From NCBI GenBank assembly GCA_963801165.1, contig CAWDDT010000011.1, positions 1 through 64,000 on the forward strand: DNA of 64,000 nucleotides, given 5' to 3'. The notes beneath the pieces were generated by a model. That model was not told the origin of the DNA. It was given only the letters and a program-made list of their open reading frames with translations, and did not search any database. This document shows positions 19,311 to 31,407 of this stretch, in pieces. Source of the DNA: an uncultured bacterium. Lineage in GTDB: Bacteria > Actinomycetota > Acidimicrobiia > Spongiisociales > UBA5794. The position numbers and the translations under genes were made by a program. The number at the start of each line of letters is the position of its first letter. Within the stretch, counting starts at the first letter, position 1.

Positions 19311-20417
19311 ATGACAAAACGTCTACTCACGTTATTGGTGGCCCTGGTGCTGGCGCTCGCTGCCTGTAACGGCGACAGCGCGGACACCACCACAACTGCC
19401 GCCGCGGGTGCCACCGAGACCACCCAAGCGCCGACCTCATCCGGGTCGTTGCTGCAAACCGTTATTGATCGGGACTCACTGATCTGTGGTGTCAACGACG
19501 CCGTGCCTGGATTCGGATACACCGACGCCGAAGGCAAATTCTCCGGCTTCGACGTTGACTTCTGCAAGGCCGTCGCCGCCGCGGTGCTCGGTGACGCAAG
19601 CAAGGTCCAATACCGGGCGTTGACCGCGCAGCAGCGGTTCACTGCCCTGCAGTCAGGTGAGATCGACGTCCTCATTCGGAACACAACCTGGACCGCAAGC
19701 CGTGATGGCGGCGAGGGAGCCACGTTCCTGCACACCACGTTCTACGACGGGCAGGGCATGATGGTACGGGCGGACAGTGGCATCACCAGCATCGAAGACA
19801 TGGCCAACCTTTCGGTCTGCGTGCTTTCCGGCACCACCACCGAACTCAATCTGGCCGCGAGATTCGGCAGCATGCCGTATACACCGTTGACCTTCGACAA
19901 CAACGACCAGCTCCAGGCGGCTTTCGTGGCCGGCCAGTGTGACGGATGGACCTCGGACAAGTCTCAGCTCGCCGGTGTCCGCTCCAACTTCCCGGATGCA
20001 GACGGCGGCCCCTCTGCGCTTGTCATCCTCGATGAGACATTCTCCAAGGAGCCGCTGGGCCCCGTGGTTGCCGATGGCGACTCGCAATGGGCGCAGGTGG
20101 TCGACTGGGTGGCGCTCGCCACGATCCAGGCCGAAGAGTTCGGTATCGATTCCTCGAACGTCTCGTCGTACAACGGTGACGACGACGCCGTCCGCCGGTT
20201 CCTTGGCCTGTCGATCCAGACGGATTCGGGTGAGACGGTGTTCGACCCGGGGCTAGGTCTGCCGACCGACTACGCGGTCAAGGTGATCAGCCAGGTGGGC
20301 AACTATGCGGAGATCTTCAACCGCAACGTTGGACCAGACACCGCGCTCGGCCTCAGCCGTGGGGTCAACGCCCTATGGACAGACGGCGGTCTGCTCTACG
20401 CCCCACCGTACCGGTAG
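19311..20417 (+). CDS. aapJ: General L-amino acid ABC transporter substrate-binding lipoprotein (AapJ/BztA-like)
   Basis: Lipobox LAAC; RFTALQSGEIDVL, RNTTWT, SKEPLGP, GNYAEIF; SD GGAGG. Confidence 0.9.
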   Translation: MTKRLLTLLVALVLALAACNGDSADTTTTAAAGATETTQAPTSSGSLLQTVIDRDSLICGVNDAVPGFGYTDAEGKFSGFDVDFCKAVAAAVLGDASKVQYRALTAQQRFTALQSGEIDVLIRNTTWTASRDGGEGATFLHTTFYDGQGMMVRADSGITSIEDMANLSVCVLSGTTTELNLAARFGSMPYTPLTFDNNDQLQAAFVAGQCDGWTSDKSQLAGVRSNFPDADGGPSALVILDETFSKEPLGPVVADGDSQWAQVVDWVALATIQAEEFGIDSSNVSSYNGDDDAVRRFLGLSIQTDSGETVFDPGLGLPTDYAVKVISQVGNYAEIFNRNVGPDTALGLSRGVNALWTDGGLLYAPPYR

Positions 20418-20433
20418 ACCACTAGGGACTATC

Positions 20434-20462
20434 GAGGGGCCGGGTGATTCACCCGGCCCCTC
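20434..20462 (+). terminator. Intra-operon hairpin after the binding-protein gene
   Basis: gaggggccgggtg-att-cacccggcccctc; no U-tract. Confidence 0.65.
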
Positions 20463-20480
20463 CGCACACGAGGAGAACGC

Positions 20481-21659
20481 TTGACCTCGATCGAGACGCC
20501 CGCCGGGGGGGTTCGTCCCCCGTTCTGGCGTGACGTCCGTGTCATCAGGATTTTTCTTCAGATCCTCGCCGTCGTCGTAGTGTTCGGGACGATCTGGATC
20601 CTCGGCAATAACCTGCGCCACGAGCTGATGAAGCAGGGCCTGCCGACCAACTTCGATTTCCTGCAACGTCCGTTCGGGGTGAACATCTCAGACAGCAGCT
20701 TCGATCGGGGCTCACGGGTTAGCGCCACGCTCGCGGCGGGGATCAAGAACACGTTCTTGCTCGCGATTGTCGGTGTACCGATGGTGACGATCCTGGGTAC
20801 GCTCATTGGCGTCGCTCGTCTATCCACGAACTGGCTGGTGGCAAAAGCGGCCGGCGTCTACGTAGAGACGATCCGCAATATCCCGCCGCTACTGATCATC
20901 ATCTTTGTCTTCAACGCCGTGGTCCTGCAGTTACCGAAACCCAACGACCCGGCGACGCCCTTCAACTCCTTCGTGATCAGCAACCTGAAGCTGGTCGGCC
21001 CCAGCCTGGCGACGTCTGCAGGCGCCGGGGCGCTCTGGCTGATCATTCTGGTTGGTGTCGTCGGCGCCGTAGTGGTAGCAATCTGGAGAACCCGCTTCTC
21101 GGAGCGGACCGGCGAGCCCCATCACCGGCTTCTGTTCGGCCTCGGCGTAGTCGCCGTCTTCGCCGTGATTGGCTATTTCGCAACCGGTAGCCCGGTCAGC
21201 ATCTCGCGTGCGACTGTCGACGGGCGGGTGATCACCGGCGGGTTCGGTGGTCTTGGCTCGTACTTCGCGATTCTCATTGCCCTCGTGGTCTATACGTCGA
21301 GTCACATCGGGGAGATTGTGCGGGGCTCGATCCTCGCGGTACCCCGCGGCCAGACCGAAGCAGCGAACGCTCTCGCGTTGTCCGGTTTCCAGCGGCTGCG
21401 CTTCGTCGTCCTCCCACAGGCCTTCCGCATCGCGCTACCGCCCATCATCAACCAGTACCTCAACTTCGTAAAGAACACGTCTCTCGCCATCGCCATCGGA
21501 TACGCCGAAATCACCGTGATAACGTTCCAGGCGATCGGGAACGGTCAGCCGGCCCCGCAGCTCATCCTTCTGCTCATGGCCGCGTACCTCCTGTTCTCGC
21601 TCACCATCTCGATAGTGGTGAACATCCTGAACCGCCGTCTGCAGCTGGTGGGGCGCTGA
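20481..21659 (+). CDS. aapQ: Amino acid ABC permease (AapQ-like)
   Basis: RNIPPLL, GQTEAANAL EAA loop, KNTSLAIAIGY. Confidence 0.88.
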   Translation: MTSIETPAGGVRPPFWRDVRVIRIFLQILAVVVVFGTIWILGNNLRHELMKQGLPTNFDFLQRPFGVNISDSSFDRGSRVSATLAAGIKNTFLLAIVGVPMVTILGTLIGVARLSTNWLVAKAAGVYVETIRNIPPLLIIIFVFNAVVLQLPKPNDPATPFNSFVISNLKLVGPSLATSAGAGALWLIILVGVVGAVVVAIWRTRFSERTGEPHHRLLFGLGVVAVFAVIGYFATGSPVSISRATVDGRVITGGFGGLGSYFAILIALVVYTSSHIGEIVRGSILAVPRGQTEAANALALSGFQRLRFVVLPQAFRIALPPIINQYLNFVKNTSLAIAIGYAEITVITFQAIGNGQPAPQLILLLMAAYLLFSLTISIVVNILNRRLQLVGR

Positions 21660-22894
21660 TGACCACTACTGTCCCCCGACAGGCTGCCGCTACCGGACCA
21701 GCCCGCGCCCTGGCGTGGGCGAGGAAGAACCTGTTCTCGACCTGGTACAACAGCCTGCTCACGGTCGTTTTCGGAGCCTTCATCGTCTGGGCAGCGATCA
21801 GGCTGGTCGGCTTCTTGTTCGACATCGATACCACAATCATCCGGGTCAATCTCAGACTCTTCGTAGCAGGGCGCTTCCCCAACGACCAGCTCGCCCGGCT
21901 GTGGATCGGGGGCTATATCACATGTGCGGGCATCGGTCTGTTCGCCAGGGCAATTGTGCGCAATGCCGAATTCAAGGCTATCGACGCAGGTATGGCGTTC
22001 GATCGTGCCGGGTGGCGCGCGGTCACGAGACGTTTCTGGCCTCTCCTTATGCTATTTGCGGTCATCCTGGGATTCACACGAACCATCCTCCCGACGCTGC
22101 TGACGCTGTTGGCGATCGTCGTCGGCATCGCGGCTTTTCTGCTCGGTGGCATGCTGCCCCGGGGTGTTGCCCGTCGCTCATGGCTGATCCCCATTGTGGG
22201 CACGATCGCCTTCTACCTGGCCGTTGCCGGCTTCGGCGGCGTGGGCTGGAATGACTGGGGAGGGTTCTTCCTCAACATCGTTCTCACTATCGCCGGCATC
22301 ACGCTGGCCTTCCCGCTCGGTCTGCTCCTAGCGCTGGGGCGTCGCTCCTCGCTCCCGATCGTCCGCTACATGTCGGTGACCTACATCGAGTTCCTGCGTG
22401 GGGTGCCGATGATCACGCTGCTGCTGATGGGTGCATTCGCTCTCGGGTTCCTCATCCCCGGCGACCGGCAGTTCAGCCTGTTTTTGCGTCTGTTGATCGC
22501 GATCACCCTGTTTCAGTCCGCCTACATCGCCGAGGTGGTACGCGGCGGGCTCCAGTCCGTGCCGAAGGGTCAAGTCGAAGCTGCACAGTCGTTGGGTCTC
22601 GCCCCGTGGAAGACGATGCGACTCATCGTGTTGCCCCAGGCGCTGCGCAACGTCATCCCGGCAATGGTCGGCCAGTTCATCAGCCTCTTCAAAGACACAA
22701 CGCTGGTCTTCATCGTCGGCCTGCTCGACTTGCTACGGGCCGCCCAGATTTCAACGGCACAATCCGAGTTCCAGGCCCAGGGTCTGCAGGCCGTGACACT
22801 GCCGTTTGCCGCCCTGTTTTTCTGGGTGGGATGCTACGTGATGTCGCGAGAGAGCCGACGGCTGGAACGAAAACTGGGAGTAGGTGAGCGATGA
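21659..22894 (+). CDS. aapM: Amino acid ABC permease (AapM-like)
   Basis: [37 protein letters not shown]. Confidence 0.88.
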   Translation: MTTTVPRQAAATGPARALAWARKNLFSTWYNSLLTVVFGAFIVWAAIRLVGFLFDIDTTIIRVNLRLFVAGRFPNDQLARLWIGGYITCAGIGLFARAIVRNAEFKAIDAGMAFDRAGWRAVTRRFWPLLMLFAVILGFTRTILPTLLTLLAIVVGIAAFLLGGMLPRGVARRSWLIPIVGTIAFYLAVAGFGGVGWNDWGGFFLNIVLTIAGITLAFPLGLLLALGRRSSLPIVRYMSVTYIEFLRGVPMITLLLMGAFALGFLIPGDRQFSLFLRLLIAITLFQSAYIAEVVRGGLQSVPKGQVEAAQSLGLAPWKTMRLIVLPQALRNVIPAMVGQFISLFKDTTLVFIVGLLDLLRAAQISTAQSEFQAQGLQAVTLPFAALFFWVGCYVMSRESRRLERKLGVGER

Positions 22895-23670
22895 CAAACC
22901 AAGACGTGTTCTCCGATGCCACCCAGATGAAGGGCACCGGCGAGACGATGATCGAGCTCGAAGTCGTCGACAAGTTCTTTGGCGAATTCCAGGCGCTCAA
23001 GCACATCAACATGCGAGTCGGCAAGCAGGAGGTCATCGTCGTCATAGGGCCGTCGGGCTCGGGCAAGTCGACGATGATCCGGTGCATCAACCGTCTCGAG
23101 AAACACGACCACGGCCGGATCACCGTCAACGGCATCGACCTCTCCGATGACATCAAGAACATCCAGGAGATCCGCAAGGAAACCGGGATGGTGTTCCAAC
23201 AGTTCAACCTGTTCCCACACCTGACCGTGATCGACAACATCACGCTCGGCCCACGCCAGGTGCGCAACGTGCCCAAGAAGCAGGCAGAGGAGCTGGCCAT
23301 GGATCTACTGAACCGGGTCCAGATCCCGGAACAGGCCCAAAAATACCCCGGCCAACTATCCGGCGGCCAGCAGCAGCGCGTCGCCATCGCCCGCTCCCTG
23401 GCGATGAACCCCCAGGTGATGCTCTTCGACGAGCCGACCTCGGCCCTCGACCCGGAGATGATCAAAGAGGTGCTCGACGTGATGCAGGAGTTGGCAACGT
23501 CCGGCATGACCATGATCGTGGTCACCCACGAGATGGGGTTTGCCCGCGAGGTAGCCGATCGGGTCGTCTTCATGGCCGACGGCGAGATCGTCGAGGTGGG
23601 CACCCCCGAGCACTTCTTCACCAACCCCGAAGAAGACCGCACAAAGCTGTTCCTTTCGCAAATCCTGTAA
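22891..23670 (+). CDS. aapP: Amino acid ABC ATP-binding protein (AapP-like)
   Basis: [28 protein letters not shown]. Confidence 0.92.
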   Translation: MTNQDVFSDATQMKGTGETMIELEVVDKFFGEFQALKHINMRVGKQEVIVVIGPSGSGKSTMIRCINRLEKHDHGRITVNGIDLSDDIKNIQEIRKETGMVFQQFNLFPHLTVIDNITLGPRQVRNVPKKQAEELAMDLLNRVQIPEQAQKYPGQLSGGQQQRVAIARSLAMNPQVMLFDEPTSALDPEMIKEVLDVMQELATSGMTMIVVTHEMGFAREVADRVVFMADGEIVEVGTPEHFFTNPEEDRTKLFLSQIL

Positions 23671-23682
23671 GGGGCCACGACG

Positions 23683-23715
23683 AGAACCGGCCGGGCAATC
23701 TGCCCGGCCGGTTCT
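23683..23715 (+). terminator. Hairpin after the aap operon
   Basis: agaaccggccgggca-atc-tgcccggccggttct. Confidence 0.75.
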
Positions 23716-23732
23716 GCTGTTGGTGGCTGTTC

Positions 23733-23960
23733 CTTCCCCCTCTGGGGGAAGTGGTCGAGCGCAGCGAGGCCGATGGGGGCCTTCCAAGAGACCACTGCCA
23801 CCCCTCTGGGGGAAGTGGCCGAGCGCAGCGAGGCCGAGCCAACTTCTATCTTCCCCCTCTGGGGGAAGTGGCCGAGCGCAGCCAGGCCGAGCCAACTTCT
23901 ATCTTCCCCCTCTGGGGGAAGTGGCCGAGCGCAGCGAGGCCGATGGGGGCCTTCCAAGAG
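23733..23960. repeat. Cluster of 4 REP-like palindromic units
   Basis: Unit (c)ttccccctctgggggaag-tggccgagcgcagcgaggccga(tgggggc). Confidence 0.9.
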
Positions 23961-23975
23961 TCCACCCCCGTACCG

Positions 23976-25418
23976 TTACGGCGCCCACATGTCGACCGTG
24001 AGGCCAACGATGACGGGGTCGCCATTCTCGTAGTCGATCGAGACGTACCAGGTCGTCCAGTCGAGGCCCTCGTACTGGGGGTCGTCGCCCGGGTCGTAGA
24101 CCCCGACGTAGTTGAACCCGGCGAACTCGAACGGGATGGCCGCGCCCGGGATGCGCCCGTTGCCGCCGGTGATCGGGTCGTTCCAGCTCAGCTGCGTATC
24201 CGGGTCGTCATACGCCGACAGGAAACTGTCGGTGATCGCCTCGGCGAAGGTCTTGGCCGGCAACTCATCGAGCTGATCGGGGCCAAGGGCGTTCGACGGC
24301 CACTTGTAGGTGGTGGAGTCGGTGAGGATCCCGCTGAGCTGGTCCGGTGAGAACCGGATCGGGTCGGCGTTGTGCGACACGTACAGGCCACGCTGCGACG
24401 TCACCTGCCGCAGGTCACCCTTGCCGGCGATGATGCTCGCGAACTCATCGAGGAGTGCGACCACCCTGTCGTCGTTGGCGAAGTCGGTACCGGTCACAAC
24501 CGCTCCCAGGAACCTGCCGTTGACCCAGTAGTCACCGAGCGTGGTGGCGATTTGCTCCCAGACCGAGGATCCGACCACCTGGTCGAGCCCGGTCTTCTCG
24601 ACGATGACGCCCGGCGCCATCATCCCGACGACCGGGGCGGAGACGCCCGGGTCCTCGCGAACGTTGAGCACGTCATCTGCGGCGACAAGGACCACCTTGC
24701 CGAGGTCTGCAGCGGCGACACCCGACACATCGGGCATATCACCTTGATGCCACAGCGGCGCAGGTCCGGCATCGACAACCGGCTCGAGCGGCAGGGCCGA
24801 CAGGTAGTCCGCACGGGTCACCGGTGCATCGAGAACGATGCCCTCGCCGGAGAACACGTCTACCGGTTTCCCGTCGATGTAGAAGAGAACCTCGTCCACG
24901 GTCGGGAACTGGGTCAGCGTGTACACGACCTGCGCCAGCCGGCTCAACATGTTGAACGAACCGCCGCCCACCTCGAACTCGCGGGACAGGTCGACGGTCG
25001 CCAGACCGTTGTCGATAGTCAGCCCGAGCAGCAGCGTGTCGGACGGGATCGAGCTGGATAGCTCGGTGTCCATCTCAGCCGGGGTCGGGCCCGCGATCAA
25101 AGCCTTGACGGCGTTGGTAGCGACCTGCGGGCTGTCGACCGCACGGGTCACCGTCTTGGCCGACAGCCCTTCTTTGACGAAGTAGAGGTCGACAAAGACC
25201 TGGTCGGCCGGCTGGTCGTCCGGGGGTGCCAGCGTGGTGGTGGTCGTAGTCGTTCCGGTGTTGTCGCCGGGTGCAGCAGTGGTCGTGGTTGTCGCCGCCG
25301 CTGTTGTGGTGGTGTTGGCGGGCAGGGTGGTAACCGCGCCCGCGTCACCGGTATCGCCTGCGCCACAACCTGCCGCCAACAGAGCCAGCACGCTGATCAG
25401 GAGGATGAGCTTCTTCAT
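23976..25418 (-). CDS. Lipoprotein with GerMN domain and SH3b-like domain
   Basis: Lipobox LAAGC, Thr-rich linker, ALIAGPT..ATVDLS..AQVVYTLTQFPTV, LNVREDPG. Confidence 0.82.
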   Translation of the reverse strand: MKKLILLISVLALLAAGCGAGDTGDAGAVTTLPANTTTTAAATTTTTAAPGDNTGTTTTTTTLAPPDDQPADQVFVDLYFVKEGLSAKTVTRAVDSPQVATNAVKALIAGPTPAEMDTELSSSIPSDTLLLGLTIDNGLATVDLSREFEVGGGSFNMLSRLAQVVYTLTQFPTVDEVLFYIDGKPVDVFSGEGIVLDAPVTRADYLSALPLEPVVDAGPAPLWHQGDMPDVSGVAAADLGKVVLVAADDVLNVREDPGVSAPVVGMMAPGVIVEKTGLDQVVGSSVWEQIATTLGDYWVNGRFLGAVVTGTDFANDDRVVALLDEFASIIAGKGDLRQVTSQRGLYVSHNADPIRFSPDQLSGILTDSTTYKWPSNALGPDQLDELPAKTFAEAITDSFLSAYDDPDTQLSWNDPITGGNGRIPGAAIPFEFAGFNYVGVYDPGDDPQYEGLDWTTWYVSIDYENGDPVIVGLTVDMWAP

Positions 25419-26887
25419 GATCTCTCCTTTCGAGAATTCTTCCGCTCACCCTCAGGATGCGACGCACGGTTCTCAGCAAGATCACCGGCGTGTAACGAAT
25501 CTGAAACAGGCAACGACAATCGAAAAACCAAACCGCCGGTCGCGCCCGGCTCGGCGGTGAGCTCGCCCCCGAGCCGGCGAGCGTGCTCTCGGGCGATAGC
25601 CAAGCCCAATCCCGAGCCCCCCTGCCGGGACGAATCAGACTTGTAGAAGCGGTCGAACAGATGGGGTAGCTCGGAAGCCGGAACACCGGGACCGGCGTCC
25701 GAGACCACAATGTCCAGCATGTCGCCCTCTGTCCGATATGTCACCGCTGCGGCTGCCCCCGGCGCATGGCTGCGCGCATTGTCGAGCAGGTTGCCGACGA
25801 TCCTCTCCAACGACCTCCTGTCGGTGCGGACCGGTGTGACGGGGTGGGCCATCTCGAGCCGTGCCACCGGGTAGCGGTCGGCGATGACGGCGGCGAGAAA
25901 CTTCTCCATGTCTACGTCGGATTCCTCGAGCGGCACCGACCCTGCCTCCAGCCGCGACACCTCGAGCAGCTCCTCGACCAGCACCCGCAACCGGGACACG
26001 TCGGCCACCAGCATCTCGCCGATCCGCCTCTCCCCCTCCGGCATCCCGCCGATACGTTGCTGCAGCATCGCCGCCTCGTTCACCAGGGCGGTGAGCGGGG
26101 TACGCAGCTCGTGGGAGACATCGGCAACGAATCGCCGCTCCCTGTCGTGTGCCTCCACCAGAGCGGTGATCTGCGCTTCGAGCGACGTCGCCATCCGGTT
26201 GAAGGCGACCGCCAGGCTCCCCAGCTCGTCGTTGGTCTCGGCAGGGAGCCGAACCGACAGGTCGCCCTCCGCGATCACCGTCGCCGCCCGGCCTGCCACG
26301 GCGACCGGTCGGAGCACCCTGCGGGCGATCAGCCCGGCGCCGAGCGCCCCCAGGACCAGCACCGCCAGCCCGGCGATTACCAACATCCTGGCCAACTGGC
26401 CGTTGGCGTTCGCCACTTCGGCAGCGGGGTAGAAGAAGTAGAAGTCCGGCCCGCTCGGGGGGCGTCTTCCCGCCACCAGCAGCGTCGGCTCGCCGTCCAC
26501 GTCGAGGAACTGGTAGCCATAGTCACCTGCAGCCACCACGGTGCGAACCTGTGGCGAGATGAGGACGGCGGCATCGAGTAGCCCGAGCCCCGACCTGAAC
26601 GTCTCGCCATCGGGGAACTCGACATAGACACCGCCGGTGCCTCGCAGCAAGAACCGGTCAACCAACCCGCTGTCGGCGAATTCCTGTGGCCCGGCGCCGT
26701 CAGGGAGCTGATCTGTCGACGCGAGCACGGTGATGTTGAACTCGGCGCGCGAGACGGCGTCGCCGAGCAGCTGATCCCGGAGCGATTGGCGAACCAGGAA
26801 GTAGGCAAGCGCCCCAACCGAACCGGCGGTGAGCGCGATCAACGCGATCACCGTGACAATCAGCCGGGCTCGGAAGCTGCGGAACAT
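25415..26887 (-). CDS. HAMP sensor histidine kinase (MtrB/CseC-like)
   Basis: 2 TM, HAMP, DVSHELRTPL, NLLDNA, DAGPG, GSGLGLAIA. Confidence 0.93.
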   Translation of the reverse strand: MFRSFRARLIVTVIALIALTAGSVGALAYFLVRQSLRDQLLGDAVSRAEFNITVLASTDQLPDGAGPQEFADSGLVDRFLLRGTGGVYVEFPDGETFRSGLGLLDAAVLISPQVRTVVAAGDYGYQFLDVDGEPTLLVAGRRPPSGPDFYFFYPAAEVANANGQLARMLVIAGLAVLVLGALGAGLIARRVLRPVAVAGRAATVIAEGDLSVRLPAETNDELGSLAVAFNRMATSLEAQITALVEAHDRERRFVADVSHELRTPLTALVNEAAMLQQRIGGMPEGERRIGEMLVADVSRLRVLVEELLEVSRLEAGSVPLEESDVDMEKFLAAVIADRYPVARLEMAHPVTPVRTDRRSLERIVGNLLDNARSHAPGAAAAVTYRTEGDMLDIVVSDAGPGVPASELPHLFDRFYKSDSSRQGGSGLGLAIAREHARRLGGELTAEPGATGGLVFRLSLPVSDSLHAGDLAENRASHPEGERKNSRKERS

Positions 26888-26888
26888 C

Positions 26889-27572
26889 TCAGCTGCCGGC
26901 CCTGTAGCCGACGCCGCGGACGGTGTGGATCAGATCGATCGGATCGTCACCTGCCAACAGCTTGGACCGCAACCGCTGGATGGCAACGTCGACCAGTCTC
27001 GAGTCGCCAAGATACGAATAGCCCCAGACCCGTTCGAGGAGGATCTCCCTCGTGAACACCTGACCCGGCCGCCGCGCCAACTCCAGCAGCAGACGAAACT
27101 CGGTCGGGGTGAGTGGCACCTCCGTTCCGTCGACGGTCACCCGGTGACCCGGCACGTCGATCCGCACCGGTCCCAGTGTCAGTGTCTCGGCAGGTTCGAG
27201 CAGCTGCGCCCGCCGCAGCGCCGCCCGGATCCTGGCCACCAGGATCGGCATCTCGAACGGCTTCGTCACGTAGTCGTCGGCTCCCGACTCGAGCCCCACA
27301 ACAACGTCGATGGCATCGCTGCGAGCGGTGAGCATCACGACCGGCACCGAGGACTCAGCCCGGATCGTCCGGCATACATCGAGCCCATCACGCTTCGGCA
27401 GCATCACATCGAGGACAACCAGGTCTGGCTGGTCATGACGGAACCGGGTCAGCGCCTCCTCGCCGTCGGCGGCCGTGTGTACGACGAACCCGGCGTCTCG
27501 GAGACCCATCTTGGTGATCTCCCGAATCGACGGATCGTCCTCGACGATCAGAATCGTGGCATCCACAACCAC
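26889..27572 (-). CDS. OmpR-family response regulator (MtrA/CseB-like)
   Basis: VEDD, LDVMLP, GLESGADDYVTKPF, VWGY..DSRLVDV, TVRGVGY. Confidence 0.93.
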   Translation of the reverse strand: MVVDATILIVEDDPSIREITKMGLRDAGFVVHTAADGEEALTRFRHDQPDLVVLDVMLPKRDGLDVCRTIRAESSVPVVMLTARSDAIDVVVGLESGADDYVTKPFEMPILVARIRAALRRAQLLEPAETLTLGPVRIDVPGHRVTVDGTEVPLTPTEFRLLLELARRPGQVFTREILLERVWGYSYLGDSRLVDVAIQRLRSKLLAGDDPIDLIHTVRGVGYRAGS

Positions 27573-27596
27573 AAGTATGGTCGAGCCACCGCAATT

Positions 27597-27779
27597 CTTC
27601 TCCCTCTGGGAGAAGTGCCTGAGCGTAGCGAAGGCGATGAGGGCCTCATGAACTCCTTCTCCCTCTGGGAGAAGTGGCGTCAGCTCCGCTGACGTTGGCG
27701 AAGCGAAGGCGATGAGGGCCTTATGAACTCCTTCTCCCCCTGGGAGAAGTGCCGAGCGGAGCGAAGGCGATGAGGGCCT
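27597..27779. repeat. Cluster of 3 REP-like units, variant of the 23733 family
   Basis: Unit cttctccctctgggagaag-tgcc..gagcg..gcgaaggcgatgagggcc. Confidence 0.88.
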
Positions 27780-28600
27780 CAGTGGCCGGAGCCGGGGAGA
27801 GCACGCAGGCCGCTTAGTAGGGCCTCCCCCTCATCCTCGTCCAGCACGTCAAAGCTGAGCTGGGCGCGACGGTTGGTTTCGGCCTCGATCTCATCACGCA
27901 CGGTCCTGCCTGCGGCGGTCAACTCGACCGGGTCGAGACTCGCCCAGCCGCGCCCGGCCAGCGGCGACAACCCGTCTTCGTCGTCGGTGACGGACTCACC
28001 GTGCCACAAAGCAGTCATCGTCACCATCTCCGGTGCCGTCAGTCCGTGCGCCTGCCAGGACACCACATGGTCGTGCTGGCGAATGTAGCGCAGCGTCACG
28101 AGACGGTCATACAGCGACAGGAACCGGTCATCGACCGGCGGCAACGCCCGATGGACGGCGGCGACAACGTGATCGTCGGATGCGGCGAGACCGACCTTGC
28201 GGGCCAGCCCGGCAACTGTGTCGCGGTCGCCCTCGTTACCTGTCCAGTTCGCAGCGGCGATGTCCGCCTGGCAACCTCTTATGGTCTCCAGTAACGGCCT
28301 CAGCCGATCCGTCGCCCCCAGCCTCCCGCCTCTTCCGTCGATGAGACCCATGGCCTCGAGATCGTCCAGGCGCGCCGTCACCGCTTCAGCCGCGCGGTAC
28401 GGCATCCGGCGGCAAATGACGTCGATGGTTGCCGCAGCGGCCAGGAGAAAGTCGGCGGTCACCGGGAACGGGTCGAGAAAATGGAGACCGATCTCCGCCG
28501 CCAGTTCCCCAAGGCGCGCCCCGTGTTTCGGTGCAACGCCCCTGTGGACGGTCCAGACGAGACGGTCGATCTCCGGTGCGGTGTCGCTGGCAATACTCAT
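27779..28600 (-). CDS. Hypothetical protein with duplicated winged-helix-like segments (SCO6745-like)
   Basis: LRYIRQHDH..W..GL and LTAAGRTVRDEIEAETN motifs. Confidence 0.6.
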   Translation of the reverse strand: MSIASDTAPEIDRLVWTVHRGVAPKHGARLGELAAEIGLHFLDPFPVTADFLLAAAATIDVICRRMPYRAAEAVTARLDDLEAMGLIDGRGGRLGATDRLRPLLETIRGCQADIAAANWTGNEGDRDTVAGLARKVGLAASDDHVVAAVHRALPPVDDRFLSLYDRLVTLRYIRQHDHVVSWQAHGLTAPEMVTMTALWHGESVTDDEDGLSPLAGRGWASLDPVELTAAGRTVRDEIEAETNRRAQLSFDVLDEDEGEALLSGLRALPGSGH

Positions 28601-28733
28601 AGTCGCGAACTCATGGCCGCGAGCCTACCTCGTGGCATCGGCGCCGCCTTACGCCCCCCGACGCACGCCGACAGTCGCCTGGATTTTGCCAACGGCAAAC
28701 TCCCAAGCTGAATCGGCTCTGGCGATTCAACCC

Positions 28734-28762
28734 TTGACAGGAATCGCGACCGGGGCTACTTT
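28734..28762 (+). promoter_or_regulatory. Sigma70-type promoter of the met leader/metY-metX
   Basis: TTGACA (28734-39), 17 bp, TACTTT (28757-62); predicted +1 at about G28770. Confidence 0.8.
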
Positions 28763-28769
28763 CGCCCCC

Positions 28770-28838
28770 GTGAATAACGTTACGTCGACCCGAATGATGT
28801 GCATGGCCAGCAATGAGCCGTGCGGATTTGTCATGTAA
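28770..28838 (+). CDS. Leaderless Met/Cys-rich leader peptide MNNVTSTRMMCMASNEPCGFVM
   Basis: GTG at the predicted TSS; 4 internal Met and 2 Cys codons, including ATG ATG TGC ATG; TAA at 28836-38. Confidence 0.75.
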   Translation: MNNVTSTRMMCMASNEPCGFVM

Positions 28839-31330
<2,492 letters not shown>

Positions 31331-31407
31331 CAGGCCTCGCACAGCCCCGAGCCATACATCACGGGCGATCGACCGCGACGCCGGTGCCGGGCCGATGCCA
31401 CGGAGAC

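Noticed and set aside
23733-23960. Possible CRISPR array from the palindromic repeats
   Set aside because: The intervening sequences are short and themselves repeated; this fits REP-like clusters.
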